Part shown: positions 63,588 through 64,000 of the stretch, piece after piece
Position numbering within the stretch: position 1 is the first letter of the stretch
How the letters are laid out: each line of letters starts with the position of its first letter
From: Mytilus trossulus
Taxonomy: Eukaryota
NCBI RefSeq assembly: GCF_036588685.1
Contig: NC_086385.1
Span: 49,127,216-49,191,215, forward strand
Reading direction: 5' to 3'
Length of the DNA: 64,000 nt
Translations under genes and position numbers: made by a program
The notes under the pieces: generated by a model
Told to the model about the DNA's origin: nothing
What the model saw: the letters and a program-made list of their open reading frames with translations, nothing else
Database searches by the model: none

Positions 63588-63733
63588 GTTATACGGTTAA
63601 GTACTGATCCCCTACGGATCCAAAGAGGGTGAAAAAAATTCATAGGGGATTCGGCCTCCGGCCTCACCCCCTATTGATTTTACTAAGTAAACCCTCTATG
63701 GATCCGTAGGGGGTCAGTAGCGAACCATATAAC
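63588..63733. repeat. Long inverted repeat (~43-bp arms plus inner stem), probably part of a foldback element
   Basis: GTTATACGGTTAAGTACTGATCCCCTACGGATCCAAAGAGGGT pairs with ACCCTCTATGGATCCGTAGGGGGTCAGTAGCGAACCATATAAC. Confidence 0.85.
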
Positions 63734-64000
63734 TTATATTATCCATACATGTTATTTTTGCAAAAGCATGTGATAGACAAAGAGAGTTCGATAATACCAT
63801 AGGGATATACCAAAGCAAAGAAACAAATAGGTAGACAGCAACCACAATTATCTCTCAAAATCAACCTCCTGAAAGTTCTAAAAATATGTGACCAAAATAT
63901 TCTGGGGTGCAGAGTCCTCACCTAACCTGAAAAACTGGTACCGGTAGTTCAAACTTGAAAATCAGTTTCAAAAGACTTGATTCATCATATTGACACCATG

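Overview
AT-rich animal genomic DNA. The repeat landscape looks bivalve-like, but that is inference only. The window holds most of one plus-strand multi-exon gene for an EAG-superfamily (KCNH) voltage-gated K+ channel of the Elk/Kv12 subfamily. Twelve coding exons (34872-62657; 2304 nt, about 768 codons) join in consistent phase through GT-AG introns and encode PAS, S1-S6, the SVGFG filter, C-linker, CNBHD and the start of the C-tail. The first coding exon and the gene end were not found, so 1-34871 is probably one large intron. The rest is short non-autonomous transposons, SINE-like fragments and minisatellites. The most striking structure is amplification of splice signals around the S6/C-linker exon (52787-52986): 14 tandem copies of the branch-point segment, three same-phase acceptor/exon-start copies, and 26 extra copies of the exon end plus donor, mostly arranged as 30/39-nt coding-like blocks separated by 16-nt GT...AG spacers. 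Older junction copies also flank two other exons. A possible decayed Toll-like-receptor pseudogene lies antisense at about 100-3650 (low confidence).
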